Under the pieces are notes generated by a model. It was not told the DNA's origin. It saw only the letters and a program-made list of their open reading frames with translations, and did not search any database. Made by a program: the position numbers and the translations under genes. A stretch of DNA of 64,000 bases from Vicugna vicugna (lineage: Eukaryota). The stretch lies in contig MU061578.1 in the NCBI GenBank assembly GCA_013265495.1, positions 1,187,308 to 1,251,307 of the forward strand, given 5' to 3'. Position 1 is the first letter of the stretch. Every line of letters starts with the position of its first letter. Shown in pieces: positions 37,571 through 48,619 of this stretch.

Positions 37571-40500
37571 AAGGAGGGGGTAAAATAAAAGGAAGGGGTG
37601 TTTCTGCCCTGAAGTGGTTTAAATTAAGTTGGCGTGATGACCCTAGAACATAAAACAGCTATCGTTTATATCTACAATTCATGCATCATCTCTGCTCTAT
37701 ATAGAATCTATAAGTCAAGCCATCTATCATAGATTTATAACCAAACACTGGGATGCAGAGCACAGAGGAGAAAACGCTTTAGGCACTCAGGAAAGAAAAT
37801 GGAGGATTCAGAGGGGGGTCCCCACATACCCAGGGTGAGCTGGAAATGCCAAAGACAGGCTGCAGGTATGTTCAGATACCTCATCAGCTTGCTAAGAGCA
37901 GGCTGAGAATAGAACATTCTGGTTGGTGGACGTTTTGCCAAGGGTAACGCATGATGGGAGATACAGGACTCCCAGGATCTCGTAGAAAGAATGATGAGGT
38001 TTTGCTTCTTCTTCTTCTTTTTTTTAAGGGATTGAACAACATTGGCAAGAGCATCAATGCTGCCTACTAGGGTGGCCGTATCTCTCCCACCTCCTTACAA
38101 AGTCACTCAGAAATTCTCTACCTGTTGCTCTCCTGCCCCCGGGGTAAGCCTGGATATGTATATATAAACTTCGGTTTATAAAATGATGGGGGGAGGGAAA
38201 CTATAAAATGCTAAGAAAGTCAAAATCGAGACTGCAGTATTTAACTACGAGTAAAAAGAACAGAGAGAGAGCCTGGACGCTTGAGTAGAAATAATAAAAC
38301 GGAAGTGGTGCTCTATTTTAAGAGAGAAAAGAAGAAATGGAAAGCTTCCAGAGTCGAAAATGGACACTTATCGCAGTGGAGTTGACACTGGGGACCATTT
38401 GGTCCAGGATGTGAGGGGTGAGAGCCAATGGTGTCTTACCTCTGAATGAGATGAGCAAGTGACAGCCCTCAGTGTGTCCTGCCGAGCCCTGGGAAGACAC
38501 TGCTCAACTGTATCCCAAGGAAGACTAATGCCACTGGAATTAAATAACCAGAGTAGAATTGGAGACTGCTGCCCAAGGGGGCTTTATCTTATTTGAGGGT
38601 GTGTGTACCCCGCACAGATTAGCACCTCGGTAAAAGCGACTCCCCTGCTTTCTAGGGAGACCCCAGTGGAAGCTGGTTTTCTCTTCCACTGTACCCGAGT
38701 TTGGCGAATCGACACTGCCCAGAAGTTAACAAAGGATGCCGGAGAACTCAACTTTCTTTTCCCTGCACCCCAACCTGTCCTCACCCAGGGAAAATGAAGC
38801 ACCACACAAATTAGCGCTATTATTTTTTACAGGAAAAACTTCCAAGAGAAATTTAAGGAAAGACTAAACAAATGCTCGACGGGCTGAAAGATTCTGATGT
38901 TGTGCATCTGCAATTACACGATCAGACTGGCTGACAGGGGCTACACTACGCTTTTAATTGGGGCCATTCCAAGGCATTCCACTGCCTTTCTCCTTCTGCG
39001 AAGATCGTCCTGACTCACCGCAATGACTGAGTGGGGACAGAGGGAAAGAGGGAAGGTTCGACCCCACCTGCTCCCACACCTGCGCCCCAGCAAAAAGTTT
39101 CCGATCTTAATAAAAGTGTTCTGACTGGAATCATGCTGTATTAACACAGGTGCATGCAAAGAGCCCATGTGACAAATTTCAGAAACAAGGAAGGGAATAA
39201 ACTGTATTCGGAACCTGTTTTACTAGATCTCGAGGCCTCTTCGTTTTCATTTTTATATCCGTGAGAGACCAGCAAACACCATTTTCATACATGGATATAG
39301 CTGAGACTTATTTTCCTGAAGCAAGACGAGCACTTAAAAGAGATAGCAGCCACATTTAGAGTATCTTTATTTCCAGACTAGAAGGCAACAGTAGAACCTC
39401 TGTGTTTAAAAAAAAAAGAAAGAAAAAAAATGGAAAAACCCTGCAACCTCATAGCGTTAATGCTAGCTCACTAATTCGTATCTCCCTTAACAGCATGGAT
39501 CCAGCTGTTGCAATTTAAAGTCTCTGCCATTTTTTTGAATGCAATCCCACACACACAAAAATCGGAATTAAAGATGTAAATAGAATCCTTGAGCACAGGG
39601 CAAAGAGGTAGTAACCATTTTTCAATTTGATAAATGCAGTTAATAAAAACAGGCAGCACTGGAAAAGAATCGGTCAGAAAGAAGAAAACAGAAATCAAGG
39701 GACGTCGTTTTTACAAGCTGAGGACTAATTACTAGCAATCAGGTTGGTCAGCTTTCAGGACCCAGGAGAGCGCCTGGGACGCACACTGCATCCCCCCTGC
39801 TTTGAGTTGCAAAGACCCACACGTGTAAGAGCCAGCAAACTTCATAAATAAAATCAACGGCGCCTCTTGGCAGCTCAGAGAAAAACTGTCACCAGGAAAC
39901 TGTTAACCACAGCTTAAGAAAACTCGAAATTTGTTTACAGTTAGTCAGGATCCATTCACAAAATAAAAGCCAAAACAGACTATTTTCCCTCAAACCCGAG
40001 TGTAATTTCCCTAATAGCTGACGCTGTGATTCCACGTGACAAATTATCTTAATGCTTAAAAATCAACCTTTGTAAACATTCAAAATTTTAATCCTTTCTA
40101 CCTCCACTGTCAGAAATCGATGGCGTGAGAATTCAGTGTTTCGAGGTGAAATGATCTCTGTTAAGTTTATGTTAAGTTAATGCTATTTAGTGATTTCATA
40201 TTTCCAAACACCTCTTTAGTGACAGGCAAGTTCAAAGAGGAAACTTGCCCTGGAACGAAAACAAAATAATAACAGATACAGTCTCTCCCACCGGCAGAAT
40301 TCACTGTGTTGAATTGTGCAGAAATAAACCAGGTGTCAATGGAGCTAGAGTCGCTACAAAATAAAATGCACAAAAGAAAAGAGGTGGGGAGAAGGGGAAG
40401 AAAAAGTCTACATCACAAAGCTCACTGAGGGGCAAGGCCGTCTGAGACACCAGCGGAGGTCAAAAGGACCGGGATGATTAACAAAGAGGCTTTCTTCCTT

Positions 40501-41559
40501 AGAGCAAAGACAAGTTCATGGATCTGAGTTGAGCTAGGATGACTGGAGGGAGGGGAATAAAAAGAGGTTTTCCTAAGTATGCCGCACAACAAAAAACAAC
40601 CGTGATGATGATGCTGACGAAAAAGAGAGGCACCATTTCACCTCGCACACGCCTCCCTCCCTTGAAACCACGGGGAACAGCCTGTCTCTGACATGAAATC
40701 ACAGAGCTGGGTCTTTGGTTCCTGGGCTGATAAAAGCACACGACTCCTTCACTAACCAAACTCAACTAGAACATATGTGTCCCCCAAACGTGACTGAGAA
40801 ATGTCTCTAAGCCTTTCATTTAAAAAAACATTTTTTTAAATTGCCTTGACAGTTGCATAGTGTAATTCATAACTACAGGTTACCACTTTGATGCTTTTGT
40901 TTTAATACCATCTCCTGAAAAAGACAACAAAAACCAACAACTATATAATATTTATCAGTAAGCCAGTACGAGTCCAGGGAAATCCATCTTTTCCCAGACG
41001 GATCTTGTAAAATACACACATTCCAACACACACCTGGTGAAGGAAAATAAGACACGCGCCACTCACATCTCCAACCCTCAGCCCCCAAATGACAAACAAG
41101 TAGTCACTTGTGAGAGGAAACAAAACAAAACAAACAAACAAAGCCATCACTTCTCAGAGCAGTTCTCTCTCAGTAATTAAATGAAATCCTGCACATTTAC
41201 AAGTGATGCAGAATCTGCTTCATGCCTGAACCGGCTTTTCCGGACCTTTTTCTTATTTAAGAGAAATTTTTTTTTTTCCTCCTGAATTCGCCATCCCAGT
41301 ATTTCAAGAAAAGAGAAATCCTTGCATTCCCCCGCGTGTCTTTTTTTGTTTTGTTTTGTTTCCTTTTTTTTTTTTTGCAACTGAAAATAAAATTGCAGCT
41401 TAATGCTAATGAACCAGGTCTTGCCTAACTCCCACTGGAAATGCAAGCACATGTACTATACAGCAACGCAAGATTACTCTGCCACCAGCATCATCACCTT
41501 AACACAAAATGCGATTACCCTGGGCTGCAATCTTTATCCCCGAAGTCAATTTATTAATC

Positions 41560-41623
41560 AGAGAGAAAGAGAGACAGGGGGAGAGAGGGAGAGGGGTGGG
41601 GGGAGAGACAGAGAGAGAGAGAC
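41560..41623. repeat. Polypurine (GA)n/G-rich tract
   Basis: agagagaaagagagacagggggagagagggagaggggtggggggagagacagagagagagagac. Confidence 0.9.
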
Positions 41624-41635
41624 AGGGCTACCTAC

Positions 41636-41653
41636 CCACAAATACATCATCAT
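41636..41653 (-). CDS. Candidate start-codon segment (MMMYLW) at the end of a small 5' exon; may instead be a uORF
   Basis: minus strand ttcaagATGATGATGTATTTGTGG|GTAGGT; A at -3 for all three ATGs; lies just downstream of the CpG island; protein not recognised. Confidence 0.35.
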
Positions 41654-41717
41654 CTTGAAAGAGAAATGAAGGGCTCTCTGTCAGCAAACAGAAGTCTCCT
41701 TACTTCACCAAGAGTAT
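41636..41717 (-). other. Candidate 82-nt exon
   Basis: acceptor gtttttcttccAG|A (AG at 41719-41718); donor TGG|GTAGGT (41635); internal alternative donor GAA|GTAAGG (41703). Confidence 0.4.
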
Positions 41718-41883
41718 CTGGAAGAAAAACTGAAACCAGTGGGTAGAAAATCTTGCCTTTTCCTGTCAAGTCCTGAGAGTCCCTCTTCTCTCCTTACACA
41801 AGATTTGGTGTGCTTGTTTGTGAGTTTACGAGGATAGCATTCCTTCAGTGGCACTGTGTGTGGTGTGACTTGCTCCAGGCTGC

Positions 41884-41898
41884 CTCTCTCTTTCTCTT

Positions 41899-41948
<50 letters not shown>

Positions 41949-41975
41949 TAACTCTCGCCTTTCCTCTCTTTCCTG
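41884..41975. repeat. (CT)n polypyrimidine tract
   Basis: about 60 bp of pure C/T followed by a near-pure pyrimidine extension. Confidence 0.95.
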
Positions 41976-42009
41976 TCAAGGCTGCTTTGGTAACAAATTC
42001 TTGGTGTGG

Positions 42010-42800
42010 CTCCTTAACGAGCAAACCCGGACACCTTAGGCAGCGAGCAAGAGTGGCGACCACGAGCACCGAGGATGCTCGGAGTATTAATAAGAGGAGC
42101 GGTGGTGTGAGCACAAACAGGCGGGCGCTACACCGCGTCCTGACGGCCGGTGGGAGGCTCACGGACGTCCCCACGGGTGGAATTTACAGGAAGACGGCCG
42201 ATCCTCTGGAGGCAGGCACATGTGCACAGAGCCGCTGAGTCTGGCAGGCCAGCCGCTGAGGTTTTGGTTTTTTTTTTTTTTTTTTTTTATTTTTTTTTTT
42301 TTAACTCAAAGTCAAGCTCCAGCCGCAGAGAAAAGAACATGTGCAGCAATCCGGCTTCCCCTTTATCTCTTTAAATGTACTTCAGATAAAAGCAGCATCC
42401 AGTCCGGTCAAGGCCTCCCCGGACTCATTGCTCCTCGACCACGCGGCTCAGCACACTTGTCTACACAGCCATCTACCGACCCCGCCGTGTCACTGCGGGC
42501 TGGGAGGCTGCCTGCCTGCTGCCCACGCTGCAGCTGCCGCCTGCCCATCGCCGGGTGGGGGCGGCCGCCTCCCCGCGCGGGGCGCTCCGCCGGGCTGTGC
42601 GCCGGGGGAGCGGACGGCCGAGGGGGGCCGGAGGCTGGGCCGCTGGGGCTTCCGTGCCACTTCAGCAAATCAAAAGCGAAAACCAAGCCCCACCAACTCA
42701 ACCCAGCAAATGGAAAGCCTCAGACAGACTTGCTAGCTCAGATCTTTAGCTTCCTCACCTACCGACGGAGATTATACACACGCCCTCATTAGGAGACCAG
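42010..42800. promoter_or_regulatory. CpG island / promoter of an unidentified gene, probably transcribed on the minus strand
   Basis: Dense CpGs with a very GC-rich core (42470-42660, GC-box-like ggggcgg/ccgcc), flanking microsatellites, no interspersed repeats, minus-strand splice donors at 42762/42758, 41703 and 41635. Confidence 0.8.
42268..42302. repeat. Poly(T)/poly(A) tract of about 35 bp within the CpG island
   Basis: T21-A-T13 read directly. Confidence 0.95.
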
Positions 42801-42950
42801 ATGTGTATGTGTGCGTGTGCGCGTGCGTGCGTGTGCATATGTGTGTGTGTGTGTGTCTTTTTCCTTCTCCCTCATCCTTTGCAATTGCAGACCTGGGAAA
42901 TTTTGCAGCGTGCATAAAACTTGATCATTCCGACAGGCTCTCCTTACAAA
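42759..42950 (-). other. Candidate upstream non-coding exon ending at tandem donors (5' boundary unknown)
   Basis: minus strand ctccgtcg|GTAG|GTGAGG (GT at 42762 and 42758). Confidence 0.35.
42802..42856. repeat. (TG/CG)n alternating purine-pyrimidine tract
   Basis: tgtgtatgtgtgcgtgtgcgcgtgcgtgcgtgtgcatatgtgtgtgtgtgtgtgt. Confidence 0.95.
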
Positions 42951-43664
42951 ATCCACAGGCTTGGATGCACAGCTAAGATTTCCTGAAATTATCCCCAATT
43001 TTTTTTTCCTTCCCCGAATCAATTCTCCTTTATTAGTTGTTCTTTTTAATCCATTTTAAATTGTATACTTTATCTTGAAAATGATCTCCATTACTGAAAT
43101 ACATCGCGCAGGAGAGGTTGGGGAATGCAATTTGCCCGGCATATTAATTGATGCAGTACTCAATTATTGATATATGGATAAAGGAGAAATTAATATTAAA
43201 ATACATCTTGTACATTAGGGGAGAGGGAGGGGAAAAAATGATCTCCTACTCGGGCCTGAGTTTTGACCATTAGTTATATATTTCCACATCACACAGAGAA
43301 ACTGCCTGAGCCCCGAGTTGATTTACCTTTCCCCCTAAAATCGCACAAGGCAAAATGTCACCTAAATAATTAAAATGCATTAGTTAAATTGCAGAGTCAT
43401 CTGCGGCACTGGGCAGGTGGCAAGGCACCTGTTCAAACAGCCCGTAGATAGTCCCATCAAGACGCGTAATGGCCGAGCAGTCTGGGGAGAACTTACGCCA
43501 AGACGTGCCACTAAACGATCAGGGGTGGGGAGATCCTCAGAGTTGGCTACATCCAAGTGGCAAGAAAGGAACCACACAACCAAGAGCGGGTAAAATCTCA
43601 ACCATGCCTGTACACCCATCTACAGCATCTTCGAGGCCCCTGAGTCACAGCAAATAGGGTCAAG

Positions 43665-43795
43665 AGGAGGGTGACCAACTGTCCTGGTTTGACTGGGGTG
43701 GGGGGGTTTCTTGAGAGGCAGGGCTCTCAGGGCTAAAACCAGGAAAGCCCCGAGCACACTGAAAAGGCTCCTTGGGAGAAGTCCTAGACACCCTC
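43665..43795. mobile_element. MER94/MER81-like hAT-Blackjack MITE
   Basis: agggtgaccaactgtcctggtttg ... gacaccct terminal inverted repeat. Confidence 0.7.
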
Positions 43796-44079
43796 TGTCA
43801 TTACAGCTCAGAAAAATATAAAATTCATCTTCTTTCTTATTTTTAGTGATGGCGATCACCTTTACACATCATCCCCACTGGTTCTAGATGTGCACAGAGG
43901 ACACAATGTGCCCTTCCTGATAGGAAATCATGGGGGGAAACTAGCTAAGCGCTGGTGGTCTAAATATTTATGTGTGTGCTCATTCATTGACTGTATAGTT
44001 ACTCCACGGAACACCTGTTCTGTATCAGTCTCCGGGCCAGCACTTGGAATGCAGGGGTGGTGAATGGGCGATGTAGTTA

Positions 44080-44428
44080 TTACAAATCTGTGGGCTTCAA
44101 GGACTCTGAAGATGCATTTCTTTGGGCCACTCCATTTTTTAAAATGTAATTTATTTGCCAGTATTTAAAAATCAAATATTTCTAATGCAAACCCGGAAGT
44201 ACCACTTTTTTCGAACTACTGGATGATCCGGCAGTGTAAGGTCGCCATTTCCACAGGGATGACAATGGCTAATGCTGAGTCGCAGCTGCCCTCATCTGGT
44301 GCAAATGCTTTCCATTTTCCCCTAGTCTCCACCACTCCCAGTCGTCCCTGAGATCAGATGCTACTTGGCAAGTGGATTCACTGTCTTATGGGCCTGGCCC
44401 TTGGGGACATTTATGTTGTAAATGTCTC
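44080..44428. mobile_element. MER102-like hAT-Charlie remnant
   Basis: tttgccagtatttaaaaatc...gctgagtcgcagctgccc...ctccaccactccc...cctggcccttggggacatttatgttg. Confidence 0.75.
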
Positions 44429-44586
44429 TCGATCTGATCTGGGATGTGAGAGCAAACACACACACTCAACACTGCACTTTAGATTCCAGAGTTCATATAC
44501 AGTGTTTACAATTAAATCTAATATTTATTTTATCTTCAGTATCTCCTACTCTGAATTAAGATATTGATACATTAACAGGAAAAAAA

Positions 44587-44652
44587 GATAGATACGTGGG
44601 TAGATGGATGGATGGATGGACAGACAGATAGATAGGTAGATAGGAGATAGAG
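44587..44652. repeat. (GATA/GGAT)n repeat
   Basis: read directly. Confidence 0.9.
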
Positions 44653-45180
44653 AATATATCATGGTGTATGTATATTTTATATTCACCAAATGCTCATCTT
44701 CCACAATGAGAGTTATGGAACACTTATCCTACATAAGACAGAAACCTAGTTTCACTTTAGGACAAGCGAGCTCTGGAGACCAGCTGGGTTCTGGTCTTTG
44801 AACCTCAACTTGATAGAAATGGATCATCATCTCCAAAATCCCCTCACCTTCTCACATGGTCACTGAAGTCAGTTAATCACTGCATGGGGCTCTATTTCAT
44901 ACAAAGAGTTCCCCTGTAATCAATGAAAGAAAAGAATAAGTCTCTTTAAGTTAGAGGTTACTAGATCACGGCTAATTCACACTTTCCTTTTCCTCTTCAG
45001 GATGTGCATAGCAAGGGGCATTTTTCAAATATTAATATGTTTTTTCCTCTCCATATTTTTTCCTTTCTTTCCTGTACTTTCACCCCCGTTCTGTTTCTTG
45101 GCACAAGGCAATGCAAAGACATAGTCTGAAATTAATATTTTTTCTTTCCTAAATTTAGCCAAAGCCTAAGGAAAACAACA

Positions 45181-45200
45181 TATATGTATATGTATGTGTG

Positions 45201-45247
<47 letters not shown>
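45181..45247. repeat. (TA)/(TG)n microsatellite
   Basis: about 18 perfect TG units. Confidence 0.95.
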
Positions 45248-45250
<3 letters not shown>

Positions 45251-48200
45251 GGGGAGGGGTTCATTTGACCAGTAGAGTGGTACATTTTACTTAATTGTAT
45301 CTTGAATTATGTTCTCCTGTTCACCATGGTCCCCATGTCTTGATTGTGTTCTACCAGGTCTGCCTTATTCATTTACTTGCCTAAGTTTTGTTGGTATTTG
45401 AGTTCATGGTCTTTGGATAAGAAACTCATGGGAGAGATTAGCACAGGTGACCTGAAAGGAAACTAGGAGGGCGGGAGTGCCTTCGAGAGGTAATGGGAGA
45501 GAAGGAACTCCGAATTCTGCAAATGGGCCAGACATCTCTGGGACCCAAGAAGAAGATGATTGCATGGTGTCCCTAGGAAGACTGGATTTCCAGTGCCAGG
45601 GTTTCCAGCTTCACTACAGAGCCATCATTCTTAAGGATGATAGAGAAGCAACAGAGCCACCAAGCCAGGAGAAACCACGGGCACCGCACAGCAGTTGTTG
45701 CTTTGGTAACCACTATCAACTGATGGCCCATGACCCATCCTCAGGGCTGTGAGATGGCTGAAAATGAGTATTTTGCCTGATGAGTAGTATAGGAGACTAG
45801 ATTCAAAGTAAAGAATGAAACAAATTATTTTTTTGCACATCGGAGTTAACGAACTGATTTATCATACAAGCTCTAAGAAAGCTAGCAAAGAAACACATCT
45901 GATGTGTGGAGAGCTGGATGCACAGTGTAGACTTGGTAGTCTATAGGGATCAAGGGATTGGTACCTAGTATTTGTTTCTTGTGGTTTCAGCTTCTATTAG
46001 CATAAAGGCCTCCCCTGATTGTGTTTTCTCTCCCTCTTTTCAGCCCGCACCCTCTGATCCTCCCACCTGCTTGAACATGTGGGCCCCTGCAAGGAATGAG
46101 ATTCACCCAAGACAGTAAAACATTTTATCACTGTGACACAAGCAGGAGACAGCTGTTTCCCATAAATCAAGTTTGGGAGGTGCTGCAAATTCCTCTACTC
46201 TGGAGTCCAGAGGTTAAACAGACAGAATGGAACATTCAGTGGGCTGCCCCCTCGGGGGGTGTCAGCAAATTATTTCTATGTTTGAAATTCTGCTCATAAC
46301 CAAATTGATTATTCAATCAATCCCTCAAACCTTGTTACTTGAAATGAGCACATTGACATTTTCTATTTACTGCCACTCCCCAAACTTCCATTTTAAATCA
46401 TTTTAATAACAAAGTAAACATACTCAAATATTCAATTCAAAACCAATTTTCCCCCCATTTGCAACCTGGCTGGTAGGCCGGGAGCTGCTTTCACAGTGTA
46501 TATACTTAGAGCTCTTTGTCTGCCTGCTCAAAGAGGAATTATTTTTTAAGTAATCAATCTGTTTATCAATTATCAGCTCAGCACCATCATTAATCAATTG
46601 CAAAGCAATGGCCTAAAAGCAACACTGCTTAAGCTACTGGTGACCTATCTGTTTAAGCGGTTTCTAATCTGCTACAGAAATTGAATACCACGGTGAAGTA
46701 TTAGACTATACAAGACAAGCAGCATCGGGCTTCCAACTTCATGAAAGAAAGTCTTCATTAAAAAGCCAAGTTACTAAACACTAAACTGAATGTGAAAAAC
46801 GACTTGAGAAGCCCAGTTTAATTAGCACTGGGACCTTTATTTTATATGATTTTTCAGTGCCCTCGCTTGACACTATTATGTGCAAGAATGGAAGTCCTGA
46901 GTAGGTAGATCCATTTTGAAGCCTTCAGTTTTGCGGTAGCTGCCATATCCTACCGTAAAGCCAACGTTGCACTAAGATGGTCCACAGAGCATTGGAATGT
47001 CAATGGATGACCTCCAGAGAGGGTATGCAGCATTCCGTGGAGACATGTAACCACAACGGCTATGAACCAGATGGCAGGGGAAGGATCCGATCATCTCTTC
47101 TTCCTCTTAAACCCACATGGCTTATTCACGTCCAGCTTTGATCTCTCTGGCAACGTGGGCACACGGAGATTCTCCCCCTTCAGTGGAAGCTCCACCAGTT
47201 CCTACTACTTTATCCCAAACTCTAGTGCCTTCCAGGAATATTTAGGCCACCAAAAGGACTGACCTTGACCTGGAGATGATTAAACATATCTGAGTTAATC
47301 AATAAAGGCGGTCCTGTTGCTGGGTTGCCCTGGCAGGTAGTGTTCAAATTGTTCGTGTTAATGAGGCCAAGGTCACCAGCATGATTACTTTAATTGTCTT
47401 ATGAAATATTTAAAATACATAATTATAATAACACCGACACTGAATTCCCCAACTCCCGGCTTGAGATACAGACTATGGACGTAGTGAAGTGCTCAACATG
47501 TATTGAATCAATGAACAAATTAATTGATAAGCACATAAATACTGCATTCCATATAAAAGCTGCCGCTGCTTCTCTTCCCACTGTTAGTGAAAAGTCAGGG
47601 CTCTTATCTTTCTGGCCTTGGGGATGAGGTTCTCTAAAGCCAGATACAGCCTCCCTTTGGCTTTCCCATAAGCAACAGCCAAAGTTACAGTGGCTACGGT
47701 TTAGGAGGGAAACTGTGGTGAAAGATGGAAATGATACCTGTGCCCTGGAGCTTAATAAGGCCAGTGCGGCAAGAGCCGAGGCTGGAGAGCAAGGTAAGAA
47801 CCAGCTTAATGTAGAGCCTCAGTCACCGCAGGGTGGGGTTTGCATTTTGTTCCAAGAGCAATGAGAAGCCGCCCACCGAGAGAATTCAACTAGAGGGCGA
47901 CTTCTTTCCAAGCCCCCCGCCCTGGCGGCTGACAGTGGAGCAGGCCAGTCACAGGAGTTTGTCACCATCCTCCAGGCAGTACCTGATGGTGGTCTAGACC
48001 AGGTGGTGATGGAGACAGTTGAGCTGCACAGTGTAACCAGCGATGCAAAGCCTCCTCTCGCCGCAACAGTTTGCCCAGTGGCCGGTCTTAGAAATGCTGA
48101 CATGCAGCTGGACAAAAATCAAGGTGTGAGTGCACCCCCAAGAGAACGTAGGACCAGGATAAGAGGCCATGGGGACAGCAAATCACTGAGGAATCTCGAA

Positions 48201-48619
48201 AGAGGCCAGAGAGCTTAAGGAAGCAGAGAAACAGTGATCTGCAAACTTGATAACCAACGTGAAGGAGGAAAATACACATTCCCTGGGGACTAAGGCTCTG
48301 TTAAATTTGCTCAACACAAATAGTCGTTTCTTTGGCATTGGAATCATAGTGAAGGCAGCTCTGCCAGGGAGAAGACAGGTTACTTCTTACAAGGACTTGG
48401 GTGGCAGAAGAAGCTACAGGGAGATGGGCGAGGCATTGGAGGGAAACACTCAGTACCAGTGTTCAACAGTCTGCTGAGATACTGCAGTCAGGACTCCTGC
48501 AGCTGCCTGTGCACTCTGCATGAAACGATCAAAGACCCACACAGCCCTTCTAGTGGCCCCCAAATTAAATGGAAATGGAACATTTCATTTTATTTATCTC
48601 ACTTCTATTTTTTTATTAT

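Noticed and set aside
38430..38520. Minus-strand donor GAG|GTAAGA with possible upstream acceptors
   Set aside because: Acceptors are weak and there is no other support; isolated donors occur by chance in long introns
42062..42083. RE1/REST-like sequence gagcaccgaggatgc
   Set aside because: The right half lacks the GGACAG core
41810..42792. Long overlapping ORFs in the CpG island (142, 190, 131, 109 and 97 aa)
   Set aside because: They translate microsatellites and poly-T (LSLSLS, RERERE, FFFFF) and GC-rich stop-poor DNA; no recognisable domain
41600..43000. Assigning a gene symbol to the promoter
   Set aside because: The leader and the MMMYLW peptide did not match any first exon I could recall with confidence
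46928..46961. 12-bp stem / 10-nt loop hairpin (gttttgcggtag...ctaccgtaaagc)
   Set aside because: Too short for a pre-miRNA and matches no ncRNA family I recognise; compatible with chance
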